Under the pieces are notes generated by a model that was not told the DNA's origin, did not search any database, and was given only the letters and a program-made list of their open reading frames with translations. From the NCBI RefSeq assembly GCF_964188315.1, contig NC_135658.1, positions 55,180,001 through 55,244,000 on the forward strand: a DNA stretch of 64,000 nucleotides, written 5' to 3'. The translations under genes and the position numbers were made by a program. Positions 23,903 to 36,900 of the stretch are shown piece after piece (position 1 is the stretch's first letter; each line of letters starts with the position of its first letter). Origin of the DNA: Podarcis muralis (lineage: Eukaryota).

Positions 23903-25300
23903 GCAATAGTGTTAGGGTTGGTTAGCATCTCTTACCAGTGCAAGATACAATTAGGTTTGGTTGTTGTCATTAGCTTTTAATGATCTAAGGCACCAAGTTA
24001 CTGCTTATATGAGTCTACTTCTTTTTCTCAAGCAGGAGCCAACATGTTATGTTGCAAACCTCTTTCAATCAGTGACATGGATGGGTTAGTTTTTGGTGAT
24101 GACCTTCTTAGATGCCTCTATTTCCCTATTTGCTCCTGTTAGCCACTTAATTAAGGTCACTCCTGATTTTGACAATGCCAACTTCATCTATCAGTAACAA
24201 TATGTTATGTTTCTACGATGATGTAATATGTTGTGAGGGTCTAAAGGTGTTTAAAAAGGAAAGAAAGACGAATACAATATCTGTTTTAGGAATGTAGAGT
24301 CTGTAGCCTTCCAGATGTTGCTTGCCTATACCTCCCATCATCCATTGCAATTGACTGATGGGAGTTGGAGTCCAACAGCATCTGAAGGACCAAAGGTTTC
24401 ACATCCCTGATGTATTTCTACCACGCTGGTGTTAAGTGTGCAATAAATTTCCATGTGCTTTGCTATATGAATTTTCTAGATAAACATCCTAATGCAGTAC
24501 TATTTTTCCTACCTGGATTTGCAAGACGGCTGCTGGTTGGGCCAAGAATTTGGTAGGGATCTAGAGAAAGGTTAAAAAGAGAGAGACATAAACCAAAATG
24601 CTGTAAAGATATTAAGAAAGCTTTTTCAAATATAGGTTATACAGTAATGTGTATAATCAGAATCTGGTTAAACAGCTTTGGCATATTTTGCAAAAATAAG
24701 GGATTTTATATTAATTAAAAGAAATAAATGCTACACAGATCTTTATTTTAAACTATATTACAATGCAAAACTAATCTTGAATTATGTTGACTGCCTATGA
24801 TTGATAGAGCTGCACCTGGCAGAACAATCTTATCTAAAGAAAGTTGGTGTAACTTATAAGAAAGCTCAAGTTACCCCTATTCTAAACTATGTTCGGATGG
24901 AACTTGGAGGAGTTTGCCCTATACTGTGTGCTAGGTCATGTGACTGAGCTGAAAGTGGTTTGGAATAGGTATAAGTCTCTTTTTGCCCTGTCCCATCCCT
25001 CCCCACACCCCCAAAATGGCCCCTTTAGGGGATTTATACCAATGGGGAATAGCTGCAGGTAGACATACCTAACTGAGGGCGCTGGTCTTCTGTTTTGGGC
25101 ACTGTTGAAGATGATGCTTGAGCTGCTAGGGGGGGAAAAACACAACTGAATGCCCAGATCAAGGCAATGAGTGGCTTTTGTCTGTAGAGCCTGAGTCCCT
25201 ATCAAGAAAGCTGAAATCCCAATGTTTTGTAATTGCATTGACTTCCCCACCCCTCCAACTATCCAACTTGTCCCCGCTTTTGCCCTACTCAGCATTTCAG

Positions 25301-25366
<66 letters not shown>

Positions 25367-27852
25367 CTCACATAATATGATACAAAACAACTATGAAGTT
25401 TTCTGAAGTCATAGTATACTAAAATGAAACAGCTGCAAAGTCATGGAAGGTACGGACCAGGATCAGATGAAGATCAAACAAACAGTAAATACCCAGGTAT
25501 AGTATATGAAATCACATCCCTGTTCACAGTTACATATTATACTCTAGATCCTAAAGAAAGGATCCTCATAATTGCTATGGATATTTAATTCTCTAATCAG
25601 GCCAAAGTCCAAACAGCAACAAATGAACTATGATTTGAACCTGTTTATATAAGGTCTTCAATAAGCTGGTTTGCACCTGAAATTTAATTGTCAGAATCAA
25701 ATTCTTCTGAAGCAGCTATGGCATTTCCAGGTAATGTTATCTGTTATGAAAGAAAAAGAAGATACTTTACCTTTTGACTGGGGAGCAGGATGACTGTGAC
25801 TTGTCCAGGCTGACCTCCTGGCCTGTTCATAAGGTATATCTGTGTAAAAAAGAAATTATCTCAAATATATGTGAGCTAGAAATAACTATCAAAGGTCAAA
25901 TTTCTCCATGTATGATTGTTTCTGAAATAAGTAATTTTCCTGATGACACACTATTCAACATGGTTGATAGCTGCACTGCAGTAAATCTAAAATCAAAATC
26001 ACTCCTGCAGTGATCTGTCTAATCGCCACTCTGCAAAATAATTTCATATGCGGAACCAGTGGCCCTCCAGATGTTGTTGGATTCCAATTCGAATTTCCAG
26101 AAGTCCCAGCCAGCATGGGTATCAATATTTAGGGAGCTGCAGGCTCTGTATCTATGTCCCAGGGGTGCCACCTTGAATGAAATACTGGGGGGGGGGGCAG
26201 GTAAGGCCTCCCCCACATAATCACATGACATGGTGCATGCACACCATTTGAATGGCAATGCCCATTCCCTATTATTTGGGGGGGGGGGCAAAGCCCTCTC
26301 AGCCCCTAGGAGTTGGCTCCCATGCTATTCTTAAGAAGCTTCAAAATTCATGCAATTCTTAAGAAGCTTCAAAACATGCAATTGCCACCAGATAGACAAC
26401 TATGAATCTTTTCTTCCTTTCCTACATTATAAACATGTATAGATTTGCATGGTATAATTTCTTGCAGCAACTAAATACATTCTTCTTCTTCTTTGGCGAT
26501 CACTCATAGCCGAGTAAGATTGTTTTCCATGAACACAGTGTTAACAATGAGTCCGTAAGTGACTGTGGAGGCCAATTCTGGATCTACACGTCCTTCCACA
26601 GTGGGGACATAGGGTTCTGGGCAGGAGCTGATCAAGATGAAGGTTTGCCAAGCGTGCCTTCCTCTTACCACGTTTCTCCTTTTCGCCCTGAATTTGAGCA
26701 TCTTCAAAGTCCATGACACCTTTGGTAAAGAAAATCCAATTGGAGCGCTCACAGACCAGTGTTTCTCAATTACACTACATTTTAAAATATTTGCTTTGAG
26801 AGAGACTTTAAACCTCTTTTGTTGACCACCAGCATTATGTTTTCCATTTCTAAGTTCAGAATAGAGTAGTTGCTTTGGAAGACGATAATCAGGCATCCGC
26901 ACAACATGACCAGTCCAATGAAGTTGATATTGAAGAATCACTGCTTCGACACTGGTGATTTTTTGCTTCTTTCACTACTCTGGCATTAGTTCACCTGTCT
27001 TAGAGAGCCAGTGTGGTGTAGTGTTTAAGAGCGGTAGTCTCGTAATCTGGTGAACCGGGTTTGCGTCTCTGTTCCTTCACATGCAGCTGCTGGGTGACAG
27101 AAGTCACACTTCTTTGAAGTCTCTCAGCCCCACTCACCTCACAGAGTGTTTGTTGTAGGGGAAGAAGGGAAAGGAGATTGTTAGCTGCTTTGAGATTCCT
27201 TCAGATAGTGATAAAGTGGGATATCAAATCCAAAGTCTTCTTCCCAAGCTATATGTAAAATTTTTCTGAGACACCATTGATGGAATCTTTCAAGGAGTTG
27301 GAGATGGTGTTTATAAGTGGTCCATGTTTCACAAGCATACAGTAAGGTTGGTAGTATAATAGTACATGCTGGGTTGGAGATGGATCCCCTCCCCCAGCAC
27401 TTGCACAAAAGTTTACAAACAGTGCTAAAACACGTTCTCCTTCTATTCCTGTCTAGCGTTTTCATGGCCTTGGCCAATCCAACACCTGTGGCTATTTTAA
27501 CCCAAACCTTAAAATAAAACCACCTGCATGATTGGGAACCAGTCCCTGATTGGGCCAAACATTCTACTCATGTGAGTAAGCACCTCCTGCAGAACCTCCC
27601 TGTTTAATAAAAACTGACCATGGGTGGCCAACATGCATGGAGACACCAGGGATGGGGTTTGTTTATGCACCTCTGCCTCCTGTCCACAGAGAACAGTATT
27701 TGCATGCTCAATCAGATGCCCAAACACGTATAATTGAGGCATCTTCTATACAATTATATATGTCTTATATCTAGTACTAGTTTTCTGTGTACGAGGAAAG
27801 AGCAGGATAGGAAGAACAGCCAGCCAGACTGTAGCACTTTAAAAAGAGAGAA

Positions 27853-27903
<51 letters not shown>

Positions 27904-30891
27904 GAAAATAGGGCGGTGTATTTGCATACCTGGCCTGGTGGTAATTCTTTGTGCAGTTTCAGGGTAAACTGAAGTGTTCGGGAAGATAAAAGCTGCACCT
28001 CCTAGATACAAGAAGAAAATGGAAATAAGGATAACTTTGCATTTCAATATGTTTTGGAACAAAACTTATGACTATATGTGCATTGGAGTTGGACTATGAT
28101 AAAGCATCTGATCTATCAGGTATTCAGCTGAAATCAGGACAGTACATTGAAAGAAAAATATTCATATTTTCCAATTAGAAGGCACTGTAGTAACATTTCA
28201 ACTGATTTAATTAGAAGCTTTTTTATTTTGTTTTTTATTCGGTCTTTGTGGAAGTCAGTGTTAGGTTTATCAGGCATATCAATTATTTTCCCCACCCTGC
28301 ATATCCCTAGTTATTGCATGAAGTAACTCACTATGACCTGGTTATTCTCAGGAAGAATGAGGAAGCCTGGTAAGCCATACATAGCCACAGAACCATCACT
28401 TAATACATACAACTGCTGTACCCAAGGTAAACTTTTTTCAGGGTCAAATGGACTTGTATAAATTAATATTCTAATAGGTGAACAACAAGAAAGTAGAGTT
28501 GGAAGGAACATACAAGCTCCTTACTATTCCTTTTACACGTAGAATGTACAGTGTAGTGGTTTCAGTTTTGGACTAGGACCATGGAGACCCAGATTCAAAT
28601 GAAAAAGGAGGAGTGGGAAAGAATCACATACAGTACTCAGAACTTTTTGGAGGAAAAGTGAGCTATAAACTGAATAAATAAAATGAACAAAGAGGGATAC
28701 TGGAAAATCCATATGTATATGTATATGTTCTCATAGCCCACCCTTCGTCAAATGGTCCTAAGGGCAGGTTACAAATATATCACAATTAAAATAAGTACAG
28801 TGTGCAATTATAATTATAAAATAAAACCACAAAACAACAAATTTAATAACAAAACATAAGTACAGAACAGCAGTGCACAACAGGGCTTGCTTCCCATATT
28901 ACTTTAAAAAATCAGGGGTATGTGTAGCTGAGTGCTAAAAAAAGATACAGTGAGGTGAACGGCACATTATGTCTGTTCTAAGGAGATATTTGTGTACAGC
29001 AAAAGAGGGGGATTGTGATATCAACTTATTTAAAATGTATCAAGCATATTAATTAGTGCCTAGATGTGAGACATTCAGGAAACCCTACGTACATTGCCTT
29101 GAGTTCCATTGTGGAAGATAGGGAAGATACAGATGTAACAAGAACAATATCACAGTGAAAAATCCCTTTTAGTTTCTAACATTGTCGAGAGAGAATAATA
29201 AACTTTCTATTCTTTATAGAGTTGTTATTTCTGGTCACTATAAGTCATCAAAACCCCCAGGCATGATAATGAGATATCCCAAACTTTTATTTAATCAGAT
29301 TAAAGATACAGAAATTTCATACATCTACATTGTCTTCTGATGCACAATTTCAAGAGCTTGATTTTAGTTTCCTTACCTATAACCCACATACGAACCAAAT
29401 TTACTTCTAGAAACAGAGAACCAATGGGAAGTTTCTTTCCCTCCAAGTTATAACCTGATCTGCTGAGCTACAAAGTATAGATCCTGGCCAAATTGTGGCC
29501 TGGTACCTAACTCAAACCACAAAATTGGCACAAGATGCCTCTATATGAGGCATACAAGTGATAAGAGAACAGAAGGTGAAGGACTAACACTTATTCCTTC
29601 TATGCTTCTTGGTCTTCTGCAAGAGTGGGGAGATGGGCTGCTTCCCTGGTGCTTGTTCCCCGTCCTTACATCAGTATGAGCATGGTTTGGGAACAGAGTG
29701 GTGCCATAGCTCATTGAAGGGCCATAGCTCAGTGGCAGAGTATCTGCTTTGCATGCAGAAGGTCGCAGGTTCAATCCAGGCAGGCTTGGGAAATAATTAT
29801 TATATGAAACCCTGGGAAGCTGCTGCTCCCATCAGTGTATACAACACTGAGCTGGGTGGACCACTGGTCTGAGTCTCTATAAGGCAGCTTCCTGTGTAGC
29901 ATGATTCCCTGTACTTTCCTTCCATTATATCCTTTGGGATATAGGCAATTGAGGAGTTCAGTGTTTCTTGCAAGATAAATTTATTTTAACATCTATATCT
30001 TGCACCTTCAGGAGTGATGCTATCAGGGAGGCCATCAATCAGCTACAAAAAGATGATTTATCATTAAAAAAAATCAATAAAAACAGCATCAATGCAACAA
30101 AAATGAATCAGTAAATAACAAACGAGGGAGCCAAAACCTCCAAAAATTAACAGTGGCACAAATGCCTGAAAATACATAGAAGGCCTGGGAGAATTAAAAA
30201 ACAACTTTCACCTGGCTCTGAAATGATGGCAGTGCAGCTGCAAGGTGGGCACCCTAAGAAGGGCATTCTGTACATGGTGTGCCACATTCAAGAGAGCCCT
30301 CTTTCGGATGGGCAGCTCAATACAGCACACATTTGCTCCTGCTACAGCAAACCCACAGACCTGCATCAGTCAATCAAAGACACTGAATGCAGATCCCTAC
30401 ATTTAAATTACGCTCTACTTGGATACAGGCCATGCTTTCAAAAGTGCTTGAGAGGTACACCATGGTTTGTTCAGACGACCTGTTTCACTCTTCTCTCATT
30501 AAGATGTTCAATTGCTTAATAGATTTATAGAGATCTCCCGTACACAAAATTTGAAGATTAGGGAGCAGACTAAGCTAGTGCTCTCTTATCTCTAACAGGC
30601 TACTTTTATATGGGGGCTTTTTTCCAAGCAAGGGAGACCAAACATACAATCTCCCACAGGAAATGGCACAGCCTGCTCTTCTTCTTTTTTATGTTTCACT
30701 CTTGGGATGAGAAGCAATAGCGAGAGTATTATCTGAGTGCTTGCATGTGTGTGTTCATGCACATAAAAAAGGGTGTAGGTACATGAATATTCTCTTTCTC
30801 AGAGGCCATATTTCCTTCTAAGAGAACTCATGAAGAGCTTCATCCAAAACAATTACTGTATCTGAGCCTAAATGGTTTATCTGAGTATGGC

Positions 30892-30932
<41 letters not shown>

Positions 30933-33900
30933 CAAGAGAGAGAGAAAGCAATTCCCACCAATGCTAGGAAGCATATTACACTCTTAAACCCTGCCTTTCT
31001 TTCTTAATTTACAGTTAGCATGCATTTGTCACATAGATAACCTTAACTTTAAAAAAATGGCCTATAGGGAGGGGAGTCGTGACAGCATTACCTGTATTTC
31101 TAGCATGCATTAACCGTGGAGAGTTTTGTAAGGCCTTATCAACATCATCTGAAGTCAAATGTGGAAGAGGAGCTACAAAACAAAAAGCAACACCAAAATT
31201 TTAAAAATATATATTCAGAATTATCTTAATAACCATTTTCTTTTATCCTGATAGGATTGTTTATTGGTCAGTCTAGCATCAATTCATTCTGCTCTTTGTG
31301 GGAGTGGGTTTATAATAATGCTGGAAGCAGGGCTTTAATTAAGAATATTGTAGAAAATACTGACAACTAGAAAGCCTGTGAAAAACAATGTCATATTGGT
31401 GTTGCACTGCCTGATTTTTAAAAACAGAAATTGTTCTTTGACATTTTATTATTCAGTTATGCAACATTGTCTATACCACAGATAACAAATTCGCTTTCTC
31501 CTCCTCTCATCTCTGAATGCTGCTTATAAGTTTAATTTTATCTATATTCAGGGGACTCTTTTGTTCACCCTAACATCATACAAGCCCTATATCTGCGAGA
31601 GTCTTATAAACTGCTCCTTTGTGCACACACATTTAAAATCATGCCTGGAATTTCTTTTCAAATTATTATGTATATAATCTCATTTAGAATGATCATTTCA
31701 GTAATGGAAAAAAGGAAATGCATGTGACCAGAAAAAACATTACAATTTTTTAATATAGATTATGTTTGAACTGATTTTTGGTTTTCTTGTAATATCTAAA
31801 ATGGTTAAAATTTCCCTGATTTGAAGTCTGCTTAAAGAACTCTGTGAGCATAGCAATTGAAAGAGAAATCTGAAATAAGCATTACAGTAGAAATTGCAGG
31901 GGACAAAACGTGTTTTTTTTTGGGGGGGGGGGAAGCCATCAACAAAGAAAAGGTTCTTACTCTCTCTGAGGTAGTGTAAGTGTGAGAGAAGAATGTCTGC
32001 ATTATAGCTTGGTGTTAGCCTCTGGAAGTCATCTTTGGTCATCTTACACAATTCCTTCCCATCAATATTCTGAAACAGCACAATGTCCACATCTGGCAGG
32101 CCATATTCTTTGACTGCCCATTCCAACCACTGGCGTACGTGGTCTGTGCTCCATAATGTGGGATCTGTTTTGAAAAGCAGAAAGTTTCATTGTGTTAATG
32201 TTATGGAGAATGAGTTCTGCTACAAAATTGACTGAGCTTCTCCCCCATAGCAAATGCACTACTGAACAATGGGTAGCATCCAATGCAATTGTTCCATTAG
32301 CACAAGGGTTTATGATTTCACCCCCTCCCCTCCCCATGCACATTCTGTTACCCTTCCCAAATCTGATGTGGATGATTGGGGGGAAACCCAGAGGAGATTT
32401 AGGGGGCACCTGGGGAGAGGAAAGGGGGGTAAAATTTTGTGTATAAGCATAAATCTTTGCACCATTGGAATGCGTTACTTAGTGCTACACTGAAATACAA
32501 GCCAGTATTAATTATTCTGGCTCAGTGTGTTCGTCCCAGGAATCTGTTTATTCCATCAAAAGGAACCAAAACTTAGGCAAAAATTGGATGTGTGCCATCT
32601 ATCCCCATTGAACTCAATGGAAACTCTTTTACTGAATTCAGTTGGATGTAAATTACACCTAATGCCTGAGGCAGAGTGGTTGGCACACTTTCAAAATCAT
32701 GCCTGAGCATTCATTTTTCTCATCATGTATCTTGAATAGTGCTTATTGTGAGAAGACATTATGCTAAAGTGGAACTAACTACCCTTTCCACTGTAGCCCT
32801 TTGTACTCTTTAGTCAAGGTATGCCATTTATTTATTAATTATTTATAAATTGCATTTATTTATTGTTAAGCCACTTTCCATATTGATTGCAAGGCAGATT
32901 ACAACCTTAAAAGAGAACCAATAAGCAAAACCAGTAAGCTAACAATTTAATAAACACAAATTAAAATGCAACCATAAACTAGTTTCCAGAACAGTTCTCA
33001 ATAGCCAGGAATCAGGAAATCACAAAGATCTAGATGAATAAATATATTTTCAGGAGGCCCTGAAAAGTGGCTGAAAATGTGACCTGTGGTTCAATAGTAA
33101 AAAATAAAAAAAATGGCAGAAAACAACACCCACAGGACATGACCTCAAAAAGTAGCTATCATATTGACCCATAGGTTTTGAAGTTTTGCCAAGTGTCCAA
33201 AAAAAGTTTGAAAGAAGCCATACTGTCCTGTGTAAGGAGCATAGAAGCACTCCAATAATGATGTCTAAGAACCATTGGAACCTTTGGCTAGGAGGAATCT
33301 GCCATTCAGGTCAGACAGGGAAGCATCAAATATGTAGGGATGTTTCCAAGTCATTGGAATAGTCACTCCTCTCAATTTTGAGGAACTGGGTGTGCACAGC
33401 TGTTTTCCTGTCCACACACCCTACAGTAAATGGAATTCAGGGTTTGGTTGCTGGTGGTCCTCCTGCAGAGAGCAAATTGTCAGGATGCTCCCTCTTTTGC
33501 ACACTTTCTACCCTTGATCTCTTGACTACTGATCCCAAGCCATTAACAGGTCTTCCATCACAATTCTTAGAACTGCAATTCAGACTGATTCCCCCCACAA
33601 TTTGATCCAAAATGACTTCAGTTTTCGCCTCCACTAGTTCCAAAGCAGATGCCCAATCCTCCGCTACTGCATTCCTTCTTTTAAAGATATATTCACCAGT
33701 TCCCCTGCTTATCTAATGGGCTTGTCAGGTTCCCACCTTTCTGTGTCTTAGAACCACCCCACACCTTGTTGGTCTCATCAGTTTCGTCTGACAGCTCAAA
33801 AAGGCTGTCATCCATTTCATGCTGAATATCAAGCCTGGCGAACTTGGTCTTAAGTCTGTGCAGACACTGGAGCATAGTCTATCATCTTCTGACATTTGCA

Positions 33901-36900
33901 AGCAAGCCCCCCTCACCCCAGTGTCAACCACTGCTCAATGAACAGCACCAACTACACCCCTGTTCTTTAAAGAAGAATGCAACCTTGTCCAGAACAGGTA
34001 AACTGCTTGATTCGAGTGCATGGAAGCCACCTACTCCTAGAACACCCAGCTTGTTATGATTCAGCTTCAACTCAATAGCCCTCATTCAGCCCACCACTGT
34101 GTCCAAGCATGGCCACACCTGATTGAGCGATACAGAGAAACAGAGCTGGGTGTCATCAGACTTGTGATGATACCACACCCCAAATCCTCTACTGACTGCT
34201 CTCAATGGCTTCGTGCAGATATTGAGCAGCACGGGACAGAATTGATCCTCTCCTGTACCCCTCAGCTTAAGAGCCAGAGAATGAGGTATAGTCACCCAGT
34301 GCCCTCCACTGAAACCAATTCTGCAGGCACGAGTGCAACCACAGTAATTCAGTGTCACTCTCTTCTAATTCATGGAAGTGGTCCAGCAAGACATATGAAC
34401 ACCAGGCCCTGCACAGTGACCCAGCTTAGCTGTGAACTATTAATCTCGCTCCCCCACCCCTTTTTCTTTTTCCTTTGCCACATCATCCTGCAATCTGTAA
34501 TGGCTGTGTATAAATGAAAAACATCTGGCAGTCAGATAGCAGGACTTTGCTCAAATATTTCTTGTGCAGCTCAGCAAACAGCTGTTTATGCCTACAGACC
34601 TCTTGCTCCCTGAACAACATTTACATCAATTTCCAAATGTATTTAAGACAGATGTGGATAGAAGAAAGCTATTTATGATCACTCACGGTTCAGAGACTGG
34701 GAAATGTATCAATGGCCCATTTTTGGACCAGATTGCTTGGGAAGTGCTGCTGCTTTGTGGCTTGTTTCAGAACATTTTTATCATCCACTGAATCAGTTTG
34801 TTAGCAAAGCATTATCTGAGTATGTGTAGAAGATTATGCAACAAGTGTGTAGCTTGACAAATAACTGACAGAATTTCAACTTGTCATTTTAGCCACATCT
34901 AATTTTCCTATAGATTCATGTCACTATATAACTGTGGGAAAGTTAAGCAATGCAGCAGAAGTAGAATATATATTCCTTTTAGAGTAGCATGAGTAAAGGC
35001 CAATCTTCTTTTCATTAAAGATTAGCCCCATATACCAATGTAAACCACAAGTGATAAGGGAATATTATGATTAGTTTTTGACTCTCCAAAATGTGCATAA
35101 AACAGAGGAATCAACAACCCCATTTGATGTTCAAGGTTTACCAGCAGTGATAATCAGCTGGAACAGCTACTTTTATGCCAGAAATTCAACAAAAATTCAA
35201 CAGAGCACTAGTTCCTCCATCCATATCTAACACACTAGCCACCCTAGATTATCATTTACTTGTACATCTTTTGCCAGCAGGTATATGTGTGTATACTAAT
35301 TACTGCTTTATATTTAGGGGCTCTACCACAAAAGATACAATTGACCACAGTATAGCTAATAATTTATATTGTACTTATCAGAAATGTAATTGCCTGTTTA
35401 TGAAAATGCAAAATTGCTGTTATGGAGGCTTGAATTCAGTTGATATATATCTGGACTCGATGGGGTGTTGATATCCTTAAGAACTCCAGGGAATAACTTC
35501 AGTTCATTCCAACTGGCAGTTCATGCCTCTTTCCTTCTGCCATAAGGCTTACGTGGTCTGCCTATTCTCACAAAATCCTACAGAAGACTAGAAATGCTTA
35601 GTTGTGGGCTGGATCACACACAGAGATCCATAACTTGATTAGTGTACCCTTTATAGGGATGTCAGAAGGCAGCGATTTCCCTTCCAAACTGTATTCATCA
35701 CAATCAGTGCTGTTTCCATTCTGCTGCAGTTCAGTTTCTGCCAAATATTATGCTATTTGCTTCACTGTCCACTATTTAATTCAAGTTACATACATTACCT
35801 ATTTACATGATTTTTGTGACTTACATTGATTTCAGTGTAAATGAAGCATCAAAACAATGTAAAAAAGTAATTACTATAATTACATATTACTTACAGACTT
35901 TGAAACACACCTATGTGAATGAATACCAATCATATTGGCTTGAGTGATTTCCATTCTAGACTGCAGGATGAACAAGCAAACTGCATGAATTTCTGCTTCC
36001 TTTTCTGTTTTCACTGGAATTCTCTGACATCTCTTCAACAGCTTCTCGCTTCCCATCTTGGTACAACAACGCCCCTACAACCAATGAAATGGCCAGGAAG
36101 CTTGCGCTGCAGTGCCACCTCACCGGGCAAGCTGCAACTGATATATTCCTAAGTATGTACACCAGGCTCCTGCTGAAATCAGTGTGGAACTAAAGGTGTT
36201 TAAGCTGAATGGCCGACTGTGTTTAATGACTGGGTGGGCCCAGTTTAAAAAGGTTATTTAAAAACATCTGTCTTCTCACCTGCTGGGACAATAACTCTCC
36301 GTTCATTGGTGGTCATGTTTGGTGGTGGGATGTGCTTTTCTTCCATATAGCTTCCATAGTTCATGCCAACATTTTCTGTGTTGCTGGACATCTTTCCTCC
36401 TTTTGCCACACTGCAGTTGTCAGGGGAATTCCTAAGGAAACAATTTAAGATTTCCTGAATAATATTTTTCAGTAAGCAGGTTCACAAGTGAAAGAGGATT
36501 TTTGCTATATGCTGATCTGAAGTGCTCATCTATCTGTCAAGCAATGCTGTTCCAGGAGTCTACTTTAGATACTAAAATGCCTTCCGCTGGTGGAGGCATT
36601 TTAGTGAAGTGTAAAAACTTGAGGATCTGACTCCATATTACTTTATTTTTGGAAATGGAAATGGAGTTTGAATTTGCAGGCATATGATTTAGGCCTGATG
36701 GAAACTCACTGTTGCATCTCTTGAACGTCTAAAAATATGCATACTGTCTTTCTCCACTGGTGCACAAATCAGTAAATCACAAAAAATATTGCAAATCAGC
36801 ATAAATACATTATAAAAACAGGCATAAAAATAGCATGCTGTTAGGAGACAAATTGGCCTAAACTTCAGGCTAGAGTTTACGCACTCAGCTCTTCTCAAAG

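Noticed and set aside
31740-32126. 128-aa ORF as a truncated PNT-only protein
   Set aside because: Read-through of the 204-nt exon into the intron past a canonical GTAAGA donor; no evidence of intron retention.
34056-34517. 153-aa ORF
   Set aside because: Antisense to the decayed L2 RT region.
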